The translations under genes and the position numbers were made by a program. The notes below the pieces were generated by a model. It made no database searches. It was not told the DNA's origin and saw only the letters and a program-made list of their open reading frames with translations. A stretch of 63,014 nucleotides of DNA, filler included, from Pelomyxa schiedti (Eukaryota > Protista > Evosea): the NCBI GenBank assembly GCA_020536535.1. It is 10 parts of 10 records of this genome, joined end to end, with 100 filler letters (N's around TTAATTAATTAA, not from the genome) between each part and the next. Parts side by side here need not be neighbours in the genome. Positions count along the whole stretch, not along the records: positions 12,087 to 17,256 come from JAHLWZ010001518.1; positions 17,357 to 22,082 come from JAHLWZ010001559.1; positions 22,183 to 25,813 come from JAHLWZ010001716.1; 7 more parts are not named here. One strand, 5' to 3'. Shown here one piece after another: positions 12,240-23,153 of the stretch. Every line of letters starts with the position of its first letter. Position 1 is the first letter of the stretch.

Positions 12240-13190
12240 CCCAGTGATGTGTTTTTTGTTGATTGAGCAAAAATGTTCTGCGTTTCGGTGACAGGTCGCA
12301 TCGCACCAACTGTCAGGGCAGTCATTATACACTGATGAGTCTCCACAGAGGTGGCTTCCAACGGTTTTTATATTTATTTATCTATTGTATTGGATTTTAA
12401 ATAAAATTATGAATATGGGTATTATTTATTAAATATTATTACAATAAATAAATAATTATCCACAATAATGTAATCCTGATTATTTGATTTTATTATTATT
12501 ATTCTCCTGATATAATTTATATTAGGATTGATTTTAATCTCAAATTAAAATAAATAATTACACCTTTATAGGTGGTAACAGTGTAAATCCCCCCTTCTCC
12601 CTTTTCATCACTCAAATTGAATAGGTAACCCAGACTTACAGGCAGGTCCCAGAGAATGTGCAGGTTTGCTCTGCTTTCTCGCGTTCATTTACCCACAATC
12701 CACCTCCTCCTCAGGATGTTGGTGATAAGCTTTCAGCTACAAAGCCGGCAAGGCACCATCTAATCATAAAAAAGCAATGCTGGGAGGGCTGTTCAAGGTT
12801 GAATGTCCGCAGTCTCTTTTGTATTGTGACAAAAGAGAATATATATTATTTTTCCTCTATTAGTTTTAATGGCACAGAGACGGAGTCCTAGAAGACAGTT
12901 TCCCATGAGGCTCCTTGCCCAGGTCACACACCTTTTCTGCCTGAACCACTTTATTTTGTTTTCCACCAATTGAATTTGGTCTTCCTATGTGTTGGTGTGA
13001 TTGATGTGTGACTTAAACACATTAAAGTTGCTTGGCATCATTCATTCCGAATTCATAATAACAATAATAAAAATAACATAACAGGGTGCGTACCACGACT
13101 ACCAGTACTTTCCCATGAGTGCACTGTAGGAGTCCCACTTCTTGCTCATAGTGTTTCTAAGATACTCCTTCATGCTGTGTGGATTGGGCA

Positions 13191-14372
13191 TCATAGTTCG
13201 GGTTGTCTCGTCATCGACGCGATGATGAGCGCCCTCCCGTCCCATAACTTCCTCTTTAGATCCCAGTTTTGTTCGAAGCAGGGCTGTTGGTTGTTGTTCT
13301 CGGAGAACGACCAGCGTTGCGATGGCCACCGTGGGTCAACCGCCACAAGGAGTAAAGGTTTGTGGCAAGTAATGAAAGCTAAAAGGGTGTCAGTCTGAGC
13401 ATCAGTGATTGCGTGCTTTGCAAGTATCTGAGTGGAAGGTGGTGAGCCACAGAACTCCCACACAAAAATTCCACAACGCTGCAGGGTCGTTGCCTTCATT
13501 GTGATTGAGCCATAATCATCTGTGGTGGTGTGAGGAGGAACTCTCCTCTGAAAAGGAATGCTGATGCAGGGAGAGTTGAGGTCGGCAGTGTGGAGCAACC
13601 TGAATTCAGTTGTTGGTGTGCAGGTGGTTGTTGGGCCAACGGAGAGAAGTTCCCAAGGACGGGCAGCACACTCCCTTCAATTGTGTGTGTTTCGTTGGTG
13701 ACCGTGTTGTGGATTTAATGAATGCGTGTGTTGCTTCCACGCATGACCACGCAGATGGGAGAACCACCGAGCACGATAATGGGCCATTTTGGGGGGAAAT
13801 GGAACGATGTCAACCAGCGTGCCCATGAAACCAGTTGTCATCAGCAGCCTGCTTGTATCCTCAACAACTCCACTCCCACTTGGCCACTCTTGTTGTATTC
13901 TCCTCGCCGCTTCTCTCGCCCACGACCCCGCGATGCACCCAACCAGCTGCACAGGCCGAACATCCAGCGTCACGAAGTGCACCGACCTCACGACCCCGAG
14001 AGTGGGCGACAGGCCCATCCACACCTGCAGCTGGTGGTCGCGATTCCTGTCCCGCGCCGCGTGCTCGGTGCTCCCTCCTGCTCTTATGGTGAACACCACG
14101 TCCCTGCAGCTGCACACGACCCACTCCCGGCCGAACTGCTCGACCAACGTGGGGGACGCAGCGAGGGTCCTGGACGGCGACATCTGCCTTGTCCTGGCCA
14201 CAACCGATCCACACGCGAACGCAATGAACTGGTCCGCCGCTGAGATGATCACATCGACTGTGAATTGTGGAGGCCCGATTTGTTGTATTTGCTGTTGTTG
14301 TTGTTGTGGACCAGTGGTGCCAATGCTTGATGTTGAAAAAGATGGGGTTGATTTCGTAACGTTACTGCCCAT
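13191..14372 (-). pseudogene. Expanded family copy F2 (MGSNVTKS start; internal deletion and frameshifts at ~13650-13800)
   Basis: AADQFIAFACGS...SPTLVEQFGREWVV...MGLSPTLGVV; C-terminal HTADLNSPCISIP...AITDAQTDTLLAF in a different frame; lacks the CNSKW middle block of F3/F4. Confidence 0.75.
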
Positions 14373-14435
14373 TTAATTTGTTTTTTTGAGTTTTTTCGTA
14401 TGTGAGTTTTTTCGTTGGAGTTAACACCATAACAC

Positions 14436-15718
14436 TCAGGTGGAGTAATCAAGGAAAGCCAAGAGAGTGTCAGTCTCAGCATCAGTGATTGCATACCTGC
14501 CTGGCCACGAGAGCAACAAGCCTTCTGGCATCTGAACCCGCATGCACTCCCACACAGCAACTCCACCAGAGATACAGTTGGCCTGCTGTCGATCCACCAA
14601 GTGCATACGAGAGCCATCTGTTGCCCCTGGTATTCCCCTCCTGCACGGCACAGAAATGAACGGCGTGCTGAGGTTGGAAGTGTGGAACACCTGGAAGTCA
14701 TCGTCCTTGGTCACCCTCTCCTTTGTGAAAAGGTTGCCACTGACTGGGTGTGGACACTGAGTGAGAGCCTGAGTGCACTTTGTAGTGGTGTTGTAGACGT
14801 GAAATATTGATTTAGCTTCTTCACAGGAAACGACGCTGAGGTTGGAATCACAACCAAGAACCTTGACGTACTTGCTGGGGTCAAACAGGATGGGGGTGGG
14901 ATCCCTCTTGAGCACAATTTCCCTCTGGGAGAAGCTCTCCTTCAAGTCAATGTGCCACAGGCAACACGCTTCAAGGTTGGAAACAGGCATGATCAACACA
15001 TCAGGATCACTCTCACTGAGCATGAGATCATGAGGTATCCTCCCCAGCTTTATTTTCACGCTGCTCTCCTGAGTTAGTGCCTTACCATCACGATCATTCC
15101 ACAGCGTCAGCTCCATTCCCACAGTGAACACAATCCACTTTGAGTTGCAACAGTGCTTGTGCACCTCGACGCTCCGCCTTGGTGCAAGCACATTCTTAAC
15201 CACACGCCCACTTCCATTCACAACATCAATGGTGATCCCAATTGGCACGAAAGCCGTCACCACCACGAGCCTATCACCATGACCACTCGATTTTCCCCTC
15301 CTTCCAATGTGCCCAATGAGCTGGCAAGGTCTGATGGCGGAAGTGGAAAATTGCACAGACCCCACAACCCCAAGCGTCGGTGACACGCACATCCACACGT
15401 GCGCCTGCTCATACCTCCTTATCTCGCTATGGTCCTCGCCACACGCCGGCGTGTCACTCACAGACACAGAGAACACGACGTCGCGGCAGCCACGCACGAC
15501 CCACTCCCTGCCAAACTGCTCGACCAACGAAGGGGACGCAGCGAGGAGCATCGCTGGCGACGACGACGAGGCCCTGGGCCTGAGGCTCGACCCACATGCC
15601 AACGCAACGAACTGCCCAACGGCCGACACCACGGCGTCGAGTGCGATGGGCCTGGTGGTTCGTTGCCACCACAACGGCGGCGGCTCAGTCTTTGCCGACG
15701 TATACTCGTGTTCCCCAT
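14436..15718 (-). pseudogene. Expanded family copy F3; 13-nt deletion just after the ATG puts the start out of frame
   Basis: Open 412-codon body; ATGGGGAACAC-GAGTATACG versus ATGGGGAACACCACCCACAAATCCGAGTATACG in F4. Confidence 0.75.
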
Positions 15719-15797
15719 CAACAATTTTGAAGAGAGACTTCCGCTCCCTGATCAGATCTCCAACTCAAAAAACAATTTAAATGGGCAGTAAGTTTAC

Positions 15798-17095
15798 TCA
15801 GGTGGAATAGGAATCAAGGAAGGCCAAGAGAGTGTCAGTCTCAGCATCGGTGATTGCATACCTGCCTGGCCACGAGAGCAACCAGCCTTCTGGCATCTGA
15901 ACCCGCATGCACTCCCACACAGCAACTCCACCAGTGATACAGGTGGCCTGCTGTCGATCCACCAAGTGCATCCGAGAGCCATCTGTTGCCCCTGGTATTC
16001 CCCTCCTGCACGGCACAGAAATGAACGGCGTGCTGAGGTTGGAAGTGTGGAACACCTGGAAGTCATCGTCCTTGGTCACTCTCTCCTTTGTGAAAAGGTT
16101 GCCACTGACTGAGTGTGGATATCGAGTGAGAGCCTGAGTGCACTTTGTAGTGATGTTGTAGACGTGAGATAGAGAACTGGCCTCTTCAAAGGAAACAACA
16201 CTGAGGTTGGCACCACAACCAAAAACCTTGATGTACTGGCTGGGGTCAAACGGGATGGGGGTGTAAGGCCTCTTGAGCACAATTTCCCTCTGGGAGAAGC
16301 TCTCCTTCAAATCAATGTGCCACAGGCGACACCCTTCTGAGTGTGAAACAGGCATGATCAACACATCAGGATCACTCTCACTAGCATGAGATCCCGAGGT
16401 GTCCTCCCCAGATTTATTTGCACGCTGCTCTCCTGAGTTAGTGCCTTACCATCACGAAGATTCCACAGTGTGAGCTCCATTCCCACAGTCAACACAATCC
16501 ACTTTGAGTTGCAACAGTGCATGTGCACCTCGAGGCTCCGACTTGGTGCAAGAACATTCTTAACCACACGCCCACTGCCATCCACAACATCGATGGTGAT
16601 CCCAAATGGCACGGAATCCTTCACCATCACGAGCCTATCACCATGATCACCCAATTTGTCACTCAGTCTGGGTGTTGATAATTCCCTCCCGATGTGCCCA
16701 ATGAGCTGGCAAGGGGTGATGCCGGAAGTGGAAAATTGCGCAGACCCCACAACCCCAAGCGTCGGTGACACGCACATCCACACGTGTGCCTGCTCATACC
16801 TCCTTATCTCGGTATTGTCACTCACAGTCACAGAGAACACGACGTCGCGGCAGCCACACACGACCCACTCCCTGCCAAACTGCTCGACCAACGAAGGAGA
16901 CGCAGCGAGGAGCCTCGCTGGCGACGACGACGAGGCCCTGGGCCTGAGGCTCGACCCACATGCCAACGCAACGAACTGGCCAACGGCTGACACCACAGCG
17001 TCGAGTGCGATGGGCCTGGTGGTTCGTTGCCACCACAACGGCGGTGGTTCCGTCGTTGCCGACGTATACTCGGATTTGTGGGTGGTGTTCCCCAT
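15798..17095 (-). pseudogene. Expanded family copy F4, tandem paralogue of F3; 1-nt deletion at ~16382
   Basis: CTCATGCT-AGTGAG versus CTCATGCTCAGTGAG in F3 splits ORFs 16358-17215 and 15798-16364. Confidence 0.8.
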
Positions 17096-17356
17096 ACGCT
17101 GTAGTTCTGGGAAAACTCCTCGAATCTGTGGGACTCGGAGGGAGACAGGCGACCTAGAACTGATTCGAATCAGTGCCTGTAAGGTGGGAAGAACCACCAT
17201 TGTAGTGGTTGTCATAGGTTCGGGAGCTCGCCACTGATGATTCGAGAAAAATGTACNNNNNNNNNNNNNNNNNNNNNNNNNNNNNNNNNNNNNNNNNNNN
17301 TTAATTAATTAANNNNNNNNNNNNNNNNNNNNNNNNNNNNNNNNNNNNNNNNNNNN

Positions 17357-19230
17357 CACGCAGTCATTAGCTGCCTTGCCCACATTGGTACTACCACTGC
17401 TACTTCTGGGCCACTACCCCCACCGTCACTGGTGCTGTTTGGTGGTGTTCGTGTGGTGGTTCTGTGGTGGTGACGGTGACGGTGGTGGTTACGGTGGTGG
17501 TGGTTGTGGCCGTGGTTGTGTGTTTGTGTTTGTGGTTGTGGTGGTGGTGGTTGTGTTGTGGTTGTGGTTGTGGTTGTTGTTGTTGTTGTTGTTGTTTGTT
17601 GGAACGAGGGGATGATGAAGGAACTGGCCTTGGCAAGGGCAAGGGCCCTGCCAAGTTGGAACCTCTCAACTGTGACCCTTGTCATTGTTGTTGCTGTTGG
17701 TGAGTATGGGGATTGTAGTTGTATCTCAATTGAGGAGGTAAACGGGAACATCAGTTGGTGCACCATGAGTCCTGTTGTTGTGGGGAGGGAATGTGGGGGC
17801 AGGAAGGAAAGTATTTTTTTTTTTTTATACCAAAATTCCAGACATCTTCTTCAAGAGTGGTTGGAGGAGACCCAGTCACAAATTCTGGTGCTCTGGAATA
17901 TTTCCAGTATCGACTCTGAGGAGTAGTAATCCGGACAACTGGTCGTTCTTCACCACAGTGGAGTGCTATCTTTTTTGGGATGAATGAATGAATGAGGAAA
18001 GGGGGGGGAGGAGTAATGGTTCCTTGGATGGTTACCTTGGCATTAAATGGTTCTGTTCCCGAGTCATCCAGTGACACAATAATCACATTCTCTGTGTGTT
18101 TTGCTGATGTTAGTGTGGAAAAGGGGACGTTGAAAGGGGGCAGGCAGGGAAAAAAAAATGAATGTGTGTTGTGTTGTGTTGTGTGGACTGGACTCACTCA
18201 CCAACACTGACATCACCGTGGGCAATTGGAGGAACCTGCCTGTGAAGGTGGTTCAAACCAGAGGCAACATCTTTCAAGATTTTTTGCCGAAGGGTCATTG
18301 GGAGCACCTGATCAAGAATGATGACCTGGGTGGTAGGAAGTAGTAGGTAGTAAGTAGTAGGTAGTAAGTAGTAGTAACTCTGTTCTTGTCCTCAGAGGTG
18401 CTGCACAGATTCAAGAGATCTCCCAGAATCGGCTTCTTGTGAAACAGTTCCCAGCCGTCAATGCCACCAAGTTCACCACTCAATCGAAGGGAAGGAGTTG
18501 TTGAGCAGGGTGGTGGGAGGGCAGGAAATGTGACTCCAGACAAAGTGAACAACTTAAGAACATTGGTGTGGTCTGGAATCGCAGCATACTTCACAACTGA
18601 AGAGTGAAGAGAAATTTCTTCTGCAACAATGGGTGGTTTTGTGCTCAAGTCACCACCAAAAGGGAGTAATGAGAGTTCAGGGATGATTTCCACAGGCAGA
18701 GAAACCTGCTTGCAATTTTGGCATCTGAGTTCCCCCTCATCACCATCACCATCAGCACTGGTGGTGGGGGAATCCAAAACTTGCTTGAAGGTAAAAGTGG
18801 AGGACATCACCACAGTCTCTGGCAGTGTGAGTAATGCACCTGTGCCACAGTGTTCCAACATGCAATGAGGGCAATAAAATTTCGTCTCTGTGAAAATCTC
18901 AGAGAAACTGGAGCAACTGTTCAAGACATTAACGGCCATTGCCATCAACATGTTGTTCTTGATGTTGTGGCATGGCAAAGAAGCTCCTCCATTGTTGGTG
19001 CTGGGATCAGTGGTTGTTGTAGTTGTAGTTTTTGACCACACACAAAGATCAATGATGTGGTTTTTGCTTCTGTGTGAGATAAGCAAGTAGTGTTGTTGTT
19101 CATCTTCTTGATCAAGAAGAGCAAGGTGTGGATCAATTGTAGTGGTGGCTTCCGTTGAAGTTGTGGTTGTAGTATTAGTGGGTCGGAGGTGGAGCAGCAT
19201 CCCTTGTGTGCTTCTGTGGGATGTAGTTTG
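17357..19230 (-). CDS. Roco-type COR C-terminus plus degenerate (pseudo)kinase, partial at both ends
   Basis: CPHC...CQNC..LPVEIIPEL module; kinase segments LRQKILKDVASGLNHLHRQVPPIAHGDVSV|ENVIIVSLD, AK|IALHC (no DFG), RAPE, DVWNFG. Confidence 0.65.
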
Positions 19231-20417
19231 TTGTGTGACAGCAAAGCAGAGAACAAGAACGAGATCAAGAAAGGATTCTATTATTTGTTCTGTTTGTTGT
19301 TTGTTTTGATTTGTGAGGTTTTGGGTTGTGATTCTAAGGTTGGAGTGTGTCGGGCTTATAAGGACTCGAAAACGACTTGAAATCGAGGTGAATGATCAGG
19401 TAGATTTCCGCGAACTTGATTTCCTAAGATGTCAGGTCTGAGTGCTGACTCAGCAGGTCAGTCTCCCAGTCTCGGCGTTCGCGCTCGTGCTCGCAGAGAG
19501 TTTGCTTGTGTATTCTACAGAATCACACATGACACAGCTGAAGAACATCAGCAAAGAACACCACCACCAACCCCATTGGCAAATAACCAACCTGGGTATT
19601 GGCTCTTTCCAGCCTGTCACACTCCACTCCCAAGCCCGCTTGCAAGAGACAATATTGGCACTACAGAGAGGGGCACATCAACAAGACGAGCTGGCAGAGC
19701 CACTGGCTGGGAATAAAACAACAAGCACACAAGGAGGAGCTGAGGAACCGGGTCTACTGCAGCTGGTGAACCACCAGATAGATGAAAGAATAGCTGTGAT
19801 GGAGAAGACTCTGATTGCAAACATCACTGGGAAGCTGAGGTGGAAGCCGCGTGAGGAAGCCACTGCAAGACCCAGCCGTAACTTCCACACAGAGCAGGGA
19901 GAAGAAGAAGAAGAAGCGGAAGAAACCATGTTCTCTATTACACTTCCTAACACACACAACAACGCGTTGGGACCAGAGAACATCAATGTACACCAGTGGC
20001 TGATACACTGTCAGAAGCTCATGGAAGGATTCTCCAAGAACCAAGTTGCTGAGATGGCTTGTTATGGGTGACTACAACAGCATTGCCATGCACATTTAAT
20101 GTCCTCTGCCTGCTGCATGTGTGTTTATTTCACAGAAAAAAAGAATTATTTTTCTGGACTGGATTTTTTTTTTCTGGACCAGGGCACTTTTGGGCAAAAA
20201 AAATTCCTTTCTCCCTTCAGGGCACAGAGACCACTGCAGGACCAAGCACATTTTCTGGTCCACCCTTTGGGCCAGCTAAATCCAAAAGAGCAGATTTTTC
20301 CATCCACCCCCGACTGAGAACAACACTCCGATTCATCAAAACGAATTTTTTAGTGAGTCCAAAGCTGATGGGTTTTTCATTCTGGGTTTTAAATTGGTTG
20401 TTGAATCATCAATAGAA

Positions 20418-21656
20418 ATGATAACAACAATGTGGAGCGTCACGAGCAGCGGGTGTATAGACATGACACCACTTGGCGGCAGAGTCACGACGCGAGCCCA
20501 ACTTGGCGCACTGGCCGCCGGTGCGACGATCAGCAGGTGCGGCGCCCAGTCGGCGATTTTCCTGGTTATGGGACAGGACCAAGCCACGTCTTTCGTGCGC
20601 ATGCTGTGGCTCGATGTCGTGCGTCCCACGATCAGGCTTTTCAGGCTGTATATGTTTGCATCACCCGTCTCCCGCACGTTGCCAACGGACCTCGTGCTGT
20701 ACCTGTCGTTCTCGCCGCTCCTCATGAGCCTCTCCTCGTCACCAGGCCGAGTGACCACGACACCAAGTGACTTCCGCCAAGTTTATGAGGGGCTCCCACT
20801 GCCGTTCCCAGAGCTTCCACGTTCTGGGACAGGAAATTGCAACACCAAATGGGCGGTCTGTGTGGACATGTGCCCCACAACAACCAGCATCAGTGATGGA
20901 ATTGCGAGAATGAGTGTTGCGCCACTCAAGGGAGGTTGGAGTGTTGGTGTTGACGGTTTCACGTGTGATGTGGACCGCGCTGTTGTTGTGGATGTTCCGA
21001 CAGTTCGTGGCTGCTTTGCAATCCAGGCATACATGGACCAGTCCGTCGACAGGGAGGTTGTTCTGGCTCAAGTCGCTGAGAGTTTCGTTGTGATGGTTGT
21101 TGCTGACATGGAGGATACGTGCAACAGCAAGAAGCTGGCTGTTTTGAGCACGACGAGGTGCGATTTCCCTTCTGTTGGGTACACGTTCTACTCCCTCGTT
21201 GTGATGAGGAACTGGGACGACCCCTTCTCTCCCACTTATGGATCCCGCACCTTCCTTGTGAAGGCCATGTGGGAAGATAGAAACGAAATTCTGAAGTTCA
21301 CAGAGGGGGGAACAAATTCTTCCCCAAATGGACTCATCCAGTGTGACGACATTAGCGATGTGTTTCGCCTGTCTGATTCACTGTTCTGTGTTGCCTTCGG
21401 CACGGAGAATCAAAGGGGATCATTCAGCATCTTTACCCGTGACGACACTGCACGACCGCTGAATCTGCTGCAGCAGATGACATACACATCAAGGAAGAAA
21501 TCCCTTGTCACAGCAGAGTCAGGGTTCATCTTCAGGGTGTACACCACAAGGATTGAAGTAATTGAGCCAACATCGCGGTTTGTTGTCCTCGTCATCACTT
21601 TCCCTGATGTCAAGTGGGTCCACCTCAACACCCCATTCTCATGTTTCTGGACATAA
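20418..21656 (+). CDS. Expanded family copy F5, apparently intact
   Basis: TRAQLGALAAGATISRCGAQS...LSFSPLL...CNTKWAV...VTAESGFIF...IEVIEPTS; uninterrupted ORF. Confidence 0.75.
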   Translation: MITTMWSVTSSGCIDMTPLGGRVTTRAQLGALAAGATISRCGAQSAIFLVMGQDQATSFVRMLWLDVVRPTIRLFRLYMFASPVSRTLPTDLVLYLSFSPLLMSLSSSPGRVTTTPSDFRQVYEGLPLPFPELPRSGTGNCNTKWAVCVDMCPTTTSISDGIARMSVAPLKGGWSVGVDGFTCDVDRAVVVDVPTVRGCFAIQAYMDQSVDREVVLAQVAESFVVMVVADMEDTCNSKKLAVLSTTRCDFPSVGYTFYSLVVMRNWDDPFSPTYGSRTFLVKAMWEDRNEILKFTEGGTNSSPNGLIQCDDISDVFRLSDSLFCVAFGTENQRGSFSIFTRDDTARPLNLLQQMTYTSRKKSLVTAESGFIFRVYTTRIEVIEPTSRFVVLVITFPDVKWVHLNTPFSCFWT

Positions 21657-22182
21657 AAAGCCTCTTGATCTTTAGTGAGGGAAAAAAAATTTCGGACTTT
21701 AATGCAATCCACAACCACGTCGTCGTCACTCGGGGCGCCTCGGAGTGTTGTCGGGCACGATGTTGGGGGACAAAGAAATGTCTCGGAGGTATACATGCGG
21801 TATTTTTTGGGGGTTTTTTTTTTCCCTCATCACCCATCTTGAAAAAGATGACACCAACAACGACGTTGGAAAATCAGCCAACACATGCAACGGTGACGCC
21901 ATCAGGATCCTCCACTTCTTTGAGTGGTGGTGTGGGTCACACAACAACAAGAAACGAGATGATGACCACGAGTCACTTCATCAGCACATTCCAACGTGCC
22001 TCTCACTGGCTTTCTCTGGTGCAATCTCGTTCTCAACAGAGGAAATGAGAGCTCATTGCATGCGTGTGTTGTCGAATTACAGNNNNNNNNNNNNNNNNNN
22101 NNNNNNNNNNNNNNNNNNNNNNNNNNTTAATTAATTAANNNNNNNNNNNNNNNNNNNNNNNNNNNNNNNNNNNNNNNNNNNN

Positions 22183-22303
22183 AGATTTGACTGCAAAAAG
22201 TGCATCATCACCGCCCAAAATCACCGCCCGGGCGGTGATTTTGGGCGGTGATGATACACTTTTTGATAGGGAAAAAAATCACCGCCCACTGATCCAGATA
22301 TGC
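22183..22303 (-). mobile_element. Palindromic ATCACCGCCC-repeat element end (copy 1)
   Basis: Reverse complement of 31429-31548; contains a ~70-bp near-perfect palindrome. Confidence 0.8.
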
Positions 22304-22464
22304 ATTTGAGTTGGTTTTGTGTTGCTTTCTTTTAGTTGTGTTGTACAACAAAATGGAAACACTCCCATCGAAGCCACACAACGCATTGCGTACGAGTACC
22401 AGTTACAAGGGGATAGGGAACCATATTTTTGCCCCGATTTCACCAGCGGCCACTTTCGGTGAGA

Positions 22465-22935
22465 AATCCCACAATTTATCCCACCGAAAAATCAGCGTTA
22501 ACAACACCAAGCCAGCCGAAGAGATTTCCGGAGATTGGAGGGGGGTTTGATGAGGTCGGACCTAGCAGGCTCGGTGGCCCCTGACTGTGTCTTCCTCCCT
22601 TCAATTATCCACAAATAAAAAAACCATATTTTTTTTGTCTGTTTGGGGTTGAATTCGTTCCCCTCCTTCCAGAATAATGGCCTGTAGGATTCCAAACAAT
22701 GTGATAGTTACAATAATTCGTCGACCTGTCACTGGGGTGTTGAGGTGCATTGCACCCGGGGGGAAAAAAAAATTTTTTTTTTCATTTGTGGAATATTGAA
22801 GGGAGGAAGACACAGTCAGGGGCCGTAGAGCCTGCTTGGTCCGACCTCACCAAACCCCCCTCCAATCTCCGAAAATCTCTTCGATTGGCTTGGTGTTGCT
22901 AACGCTGATTTTTCGGTGGAATAAATTGTGGGATT
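22465..22935. mobile_element. MITE/foldback element with ~160-bp inverted arms
   Basis: 22465-22625 (aatcccacaatttatc...ctgactgtgtcttcctcccttcaa) is the imperfect reverse complement of 22780-22935. Confidence 0.8.
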
Positions 22936-23153
22936 CAACTCCAAATTGCCCTTTGATTTTTTCTTCCGTGTCTGATTGGACTTGGCCTTGTATGACGGGC
23001 GTGTGTGGTGTTAGACTGCCCAATACCTTGGCTGTGAAGAGTTAAAAATGCAAGTGTTGCCTGATCCAACCCAGCGGTGTGTTACAATGTATCAGCCATG
23101 TGCCCCGGCTACAGAAGGAGGTATTCGTTGTACTTGGCCAGTGAATGCAGTGC

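Noticed and set aside
17440-17600. Long His/Thr/Val/Cys-rich ORFs on both strands
   Set aside because: Products of (GGT/TGT)n microsatellites; shadow ORFs.
19429-20071. Possible gag-like retroelement ORF
   Set aside because: No zinc knuckle, protease or LTR recognisable; insufficient support.
22196-22264. ATCACCGC repeats as lambda operators or a CRISPR array
   Set aside because: Eukaryotic context, no unique spacers, no cas or phage genes.
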